From positions 123,568,001-123,632,000 of the forward strand of contig NC_086097.1 of the NCBI RefSeq assembly GCF_963921235.1: DNA of 64,000 nucleotides. Reading direction: 5' to 3'. The position numbers were made by a program, and so were the translations under genes. Each line of letters begins with the position of its first letter. Position 1 is the first letter of the stretch. A model generated the notes under the pieces. That model ran no database searches. It worked only from the letters and a program-made list of their open reading frames with translations, and was not told the DNA's origin. Below are positions 59,140 through 64,000 of this stretch, one piece after another. The stretch comes from Mobula hypostoma. Taxonomy: Eukaryota.

Positions 59140-61710
59140 TTATGAAATGAAACTTTGATTCCCAAGATGTCTCTTATTTTTTGTAATATTGTTTTACTGT
59201 ACATATTAAATAAATCAGGGGAGAAAACACACCCTTGTCTAATGCTTCTCTTGATTTTTGTAAACTGACTCACTTCTCCATCTATTCTTACAGCGGCAGT
59301 TTGTTCCCAATACAGATTTCTGATTAGGCGGAGGTCTTTCGAATCTAGATCTAGAGTTTTCTGTGATACTTCAAATAACATATTGTGCTTCACTTTATCA
59401 AATGCTTTTGTGTAGTCGATAAAACAAACAAACAAATCTTTTTGCGCTTGAATAGCTCATTCTGATAGTATCCTTAACATCAATGTTGTGTTTCTTGTAC
59501 CTTTGTCTTTCACAAAACCACATTGTTCTTTGCCTATTTTAGCTTGTATCTTACTTTTAGCTCTTGTCATCAAAATTCTTAGAAGTATCTTGGTGAAATG
59601 ACTCATTAAACTTATGGTCCCATGTAATTCACATTCTATTGCTCCAGCCTTCTTAGGAAGAATGATAAATACTGATTTTTTTTCATCTCTTCTGGCATTA
59701 TTCCAGTCTCATAAATGTCATTGATTAAATCAGTAAGTTTTTCAATTCCATAATCTTCAAGGGCGATAATTTATTCTATTACTAATTCATCAGGACATGC
59801 TGCCTTTCCTTTCTTCATCTTATTTATTGCATTACGAACTTCAGATTTTAAAATACTTGGACCTTCAATGTTTTTCTTAACTTTTGGTTTTTCGCCTCGA
59901 TCATCTTCAAACAATTCCTGAATATACTCAGTCCATCTGTTCATAATCTCATCTTTTTCCATGATAATCGTACCATTTTTTCATACATCCACCTGAAGAA
60001 CAGAGGAGCTTTTTATCAGTGATATTCTTGATTGGTTAATGTAATCTTTTTGGATCAGTAATAGGGATTCATTCTATTTGCTCACATTCCTGGTTTAACC
60101 ATTCTTCTTTTACTTTTTGACATAAGCTTTTATCTTTTTTATCTAAGGACTTATATTCTATAGGATTTGCTTTCTTCCGTCTCCTTTCTTCCATTAGATT
60201 TTTGATTTCATCTGTCATCCATTTATTCTTTGTGTTTTTTCTTTTTTAGGAATCACTGACTTTGTTGATTCTACCAAGGCATCCTTTAGAGAGTTAAATT
60301 TCACTTCTACATGATTGCTATCATCTTTAACAGATTCTATTTCTAGACTTTGAAATCTATTCCTTACTTCAATTGTAAATTTTTGTCTTAAGTTTTCTTC
60401 TTTAATTAATTGCAAGTAGTCAAAGGATTGTTCAGGTTTTTGCTTCTTTAGTTTTTTAAGTTTTACTTTTACATGCATACTACTGGGTAATGGTCACTAT
60501 TACAGTCTGCACCTGGATATGTTTTGTATTGAGTCACTGAGTTTCTAAATCTTTGGTTTATAGTAATGAAGTCAATTTGATTTCTAGTGTTCTCACCTGG
60601 ACTTCTCCAGGTCCACAAGCATCTTGGATGGTTTTTAAAGTAGGTATTCATAATGACCTGATTATTCATCTTGCACCATTCTACCCATTTCTCACCTCTT
60701 TCATTTCTTTCTCCAGTCCAAATTTTCCTATGGTATTTTCATCAGCACCTTATCCTACTTTAGCATTTAGATCTCCCATGACAATAACAATATCTTGAGA
60801 TTTGCATCCATTCGTTGCTTGTTCAAGCTCTTAATAGAATTTGTCTATATCCTCATTTGTTCCATCTGTTGTTGCTGCATATACCTGTAAAATTGCTAAA
60901 TCAAATGGTTGTCCTCTGAATCTAACAAGGAGCACTCTTTCTGATATTGCCCAATGTCCTAAAACACTGTTTGCCATGTTTTCATCCATAAGAATTCCTA
61001 CTCCATTAGTATGGGATGTTCCACAAGAATAAATTACTGTTTTATTTCTATTCTGACATGTTCCAGCACCTATCCAACAAACTTCACTAATTCCCATGAT
61101 GTTAATCTTTAGTCTTTCCATTTCATTTATCACATTATCCAATCCTCCTGCTTGATATAGGGTTATAAGTGGCAATAATTTTCTTTTGTGTTACTTGAAT
61201 TTTATGAGCAGTAGCTTGATGACGGTTGGGGATCCCCTGCTGACCAGAATCAACCCTACTGAGCGAAGCAACTTCAGAATTGTCTTGAAGATCCTCTTGA
61301 TGCTGTTGTTGTGTGATAGATGTTGTGAGTTTGACCATGGTTTTCTTAGCAAATAGATTCTAGGAAACCTAGTATCTAGCAATGGTGGTTTGCTATTGCC
61401 TACCATTGGGCGAACTAAAGAAATCGCCATTTCTCTTCCCAAATGTTCATCCGCCTGTACTATAGCCGTTGACATTTGAGGTCCTAGCTCACCCGCCTCC
61501 TCCGTCATAAGTTCAGTTCTGAACCTGCCGGATCTGCCGTTGGCCTTCACTCGTATCCTGAGCAGGAACCCTTGCAGGTGCTACCTTTCTGGGTCAGAGC
61601 GGCCCTGGGAGCAATGAATGACTACGGGGTAACTTCACTTTCCCCAAAGCTCTGAAAGTCCCCAATCAGAGCCTCATCACCGGTTGCAGTTTAGAGTCAT
61701 ACCCAGGACA
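59140..61710 (-). mobile_element. RTE/BovB-clade LINE: 5'UTR, APE and N-terminal RT, 3'-truncated
   Basis: GISEVCW, GVGILM, LQVYAAT, MGDLNAKVG, TWRSPG..NQIDFI, SDH; GKAACPD, FIDYTKAFDKV, RQGCVFSPDLFN; ends before YADD. Confidence 0.92.
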
Positions 61711-61829
61711 AATTTACCTTCCTTGTATTCCTCTGATTTCACCACCCCAACTTAAATGAAGTACCCACATCCTGCTTCTTTTTTCAAAAATCATGGAAAT
61801 TATGAACTTTATAGATTAGAACAAGGTAA

Positions 61830-64000
61830 TCAAAGAAACTGGCCCTGGGGATTTATCCATTCTAATTTGCCTCAAGACAACAAAGATGTCCTTCTCTGAA
61901 ATCTGTATTCGGTCCATAACCTCACTGGTGCATTACCCCACATTTATAGAATCTGTGTCCATCTCCTAAGTATTTACAGAAGCAAAGGATCCATTTAAGA
62001 CCTACCCACCTCTTTCGCTCCACACATAGATAACCTCTCTAGTCTTCCAGAGGACCAATTTTGTCTCTTGCTATCCTTTTACTCTTAATATATCTGTAGA
62101 AGCCCTTAGGACTCTCCTTCATCTTGTCTGCCAGAGCAACCTCATGTTTTTTTTTAGTCCCCTCTCCCCCTCCCGAATTCCTCAAGTTTTCTCTTTCATT
62201 TCTTATACTGAAGTTTCTCATTTGTTTCTGCCTGCCTATACCTGCTCTGCATCTCCTTCTTTCTCTTAACCAAAATCTCCTGAAAACTAAGGTTCTCTAA
62301 ACCTGTTATCCTTGTCTTTTACAGGAGCATACAAAATCCATACTCTCAAAATTTCACTTTTGAAGGACTCCTCCTTACCAAGTACACTTTTGCCAGAAAA
62401 CAACCTATCCCAATCCACAGTTGCCAGATCCTTTCTTAAACCATCAAAATTGGCCTTTCTCCAATTTAGAATCTCAACCCAAGGACTAGACCTATCCTTT
62501 TCCATAATTACCTTGAAACTAAAGGCATTATGATCACCAGATGCAAAGTGTCCCCCTATACAAACTTCTCATTGTCTAATAGGAGCTCTAGTATCATACT
62601 CTCTCCAGTTGGGACTTGTACATCCTGACTATGCAAACTTTCCTCAACACATTTGACAAACTCTTCTCCATCCAGCCCTTTTACAGTACAGGAATCCCAG
62701 TCAATATGTAGAAATTAAAATCACCTACTCTCACAATCTTGTGTTTTTTGGAAGTCTGCAATCTCTACTAATTTGCTGCTCGAAGTCCAGCGGACTGTTG
62801 TGTATATATAATCCCATTAATGTGGTCATACCTTCTTTTTACCTCAATGTTACCCATAAAGCCTAATTATACAGGCTCTCCAGTGTGTGCTGACTGAGCA
62901 CGCCTTGACATTTTCCCTGACTAGTAAATCACTCTTTTATTCCGCATGCCCCATCACATCTAAAACAACAGGGAACATTGAGCTGCCAGTCCTGCTCCTC
63001 CTGCAACCAAGACTCACTATGACTACAATGTCATAATTCCACATGCTGATCCACACCCTAAACTCCTCCACCTTTCCTTCAATACTCCTTGCATTGAAAT
63101 GTACACAACTCAGAACATTAGTCCCACCATGCTCAAACTTTTGATACCTGACTTTGTATGTAGACTTAACAACATCTGTCTCCACAACCACTCCACTATC
63201 TGTTCTGGTGCTCTGGATTCCATTCCACTCCAAGTCTAGTTTAAGCTGCCCCACCCTACCTGTGCGCCACCAGCAAACCATACCACTAGGATATCAGTCC
63301 CCCTCCAGTTCAGGTGCAAACTGCCCTTTCTGTACAAGTCCCACCTTCCCTGGAAGAGAGCCCAATGATTTGAATAACTAAAGCCCTTCCTCATGCACCA
63401 ACTCCTCAGCCATGTGTTAAACTACATGATCTTCCTGTTTCTGGCCTCACTAGCACATGGCACATGTAGCAATGCTCAAATCACAACCCTGGAGATCCTA
63501 CCCTTTAATTTAGCAATTGACTCTTTAAACTCACTTTGCAGAACCTAGTCACACATCCTACCCATGCCATTGGTGCCAACATGGACCATGACCTCTGGCT
63601 GCTCACTCTCTCACTTAAGAATGCTCAGGACTCAATCCAAGATGTCCCTGGAGGGCAACAAATCATCCAGGAATCTCATTCTCATCCACAGAACTTCTTT
63701 TCTGCTCCCATGTCACTACATCTCACCTTTTCTCCCCCCCGCTTCCCTTCTGAGCCGTAGAGCCAGACTCAGTGCCACAGACATGACCTCTGTGGTTTTC
63801 CTCTGCTAGGTGATACCCAACCTCCTCCCACCACCCCCTGCCCCGGCATTATCCAAAGTGGTTTACTTGTTGTTGACGAGAACAGCCACAAGAGTACTCT
63901 GCACTGGCTGCCGCTCCCCTTTCCCCCTCCTGACAGTCACCCAGTTTCTTGTGCCCTGCACCTTGGATGTAACTACCTCCTTGTATGTCCTGTCCATCAA
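61830..64000 (-). mobile_element. CR1 LINE 5' region (ORF1 SGNH esterase plus APE), degraded, runs off the window
   Basis: VMVHVGTNG esterase motif; HFNARSIEGKVEEF..WNYDIV; LNWRKANFDGLRKDLATVDW; KESPKGFYRYIKSKR. Confidence 0.85.

Overview
Eukaryotic, gene-poor and densely transposon-derived 64 kb. The repeat repertoire (dominant CR1, Rex1/Babar, HE1/V-SINE, Penelope, Tc1) suggests a cartilaginous fish, probably a ray; this is an inference. No host protein-coding gene can be called confidently. Most ORFs in the track are LINE or transposase remnants, or their antisense shadows. Most of the window is nested mobile DNA: CR1, Rex1/Babar, RTE/BovB, L1, Nimb/I, L2, Penelope-like elements (PLE), Tc1, Gypsy-like solo LTRs, SINEs and short bipartite RTE/Vingi-derived elements. 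The most interesting signals are: (1) about a dozen PLE pseudo-LTR copies carrying a minimal type-I hammerhead motif, including small palindromic units, one with a hammerhead remnant on each strand; (2) Vingi/RTE-derived non-autonomous elements with putative structured (HDV-like) 5' leaders and a shared GTAGCACCT motif; (3) a three-TIR Tc1 derivative present in three copies; (4) a degenerate GCC2-like coiled-coil gene fragment fused directly to a Nimb/I LINE. Family names come from recognising motifs by eye, not from database searches, and the boundaries of degraded repeats are approximate.
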